Shown: piece by piece, positions 64,000 to 64,000 of the stretch
Position numbering within the stretch: position 1 is the first letter of the stretch
Layout: each line of letters opens with the position of its first letter
NCBI GenBank assembly: GCA_963716725.1
Contig: CAVQUB010000032.1
Span: 224,001-288,000 of the forward strand
Direction: 5' to 3'
DNA from: an uncultured delta proteobacterium
GTDB taxonomy: Bacteria > Myxococcota_A > Polyangia > Polyangiales > Polyangiaceae
DNA: 64,000 bases
The notes under the pieces: model-generated
The model's database searches: none
The model's input: the letters and a program-made list of their open reading frames with translations, nothing else
Told to the model about the DNA's origin: nothing
Translations under genes and position numbers: made by a program

Positions 64000-64000
64000 C

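Overview
High-GC bacterial chromosomal segment, most likely Myxococcota/Polyangia. This is inferred from a TIGR04563-type small protein, Gly-linker and Cys-rich lipoproteins, a membrane Ser/Thr kinase and many signalling proteins. It holds about 50 genes and no integrase, transposase, phage gene or CRISPR array that I can see. Left end (1-7.9 kb): an indel-rich operon for an indolepyruvate:ferredoxin oxidoreductase alpha subunit fused to a GltD-like flavoprotein, IorB, and hydantoinase/oxoprolinase A and B. Middle: a LarA-like racemase plus a swivel-first aconitase-family enzyme, an slyD-degP-ECF sigma cluster, two-component genes and an M16 peptidase pair. A dispersed selenocysteine locus follows (selA, selB, tRNA-Sec), then tdh-kbl, lepB and gpsA. 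The best candidate for an undescribed system is the selB/selC intergenic region. It contains a 38-codon ORF with two in-frame UGA codons (UxxC motif), each followed by a repeated 12-mer and a GGU-loop SECIS-like hairpin. tRNA-Sec comes next, then a B12-dependent radical SAM gene starting 2 nt after the tRNA. A second window-wide signal is a TANNNT -10 box 6-7 nt before many start codons, suggesting leaderless mRNAs. All family calls come from motif recognition by eye; no database searches were run. Several frameshifts look like sequencing indels.
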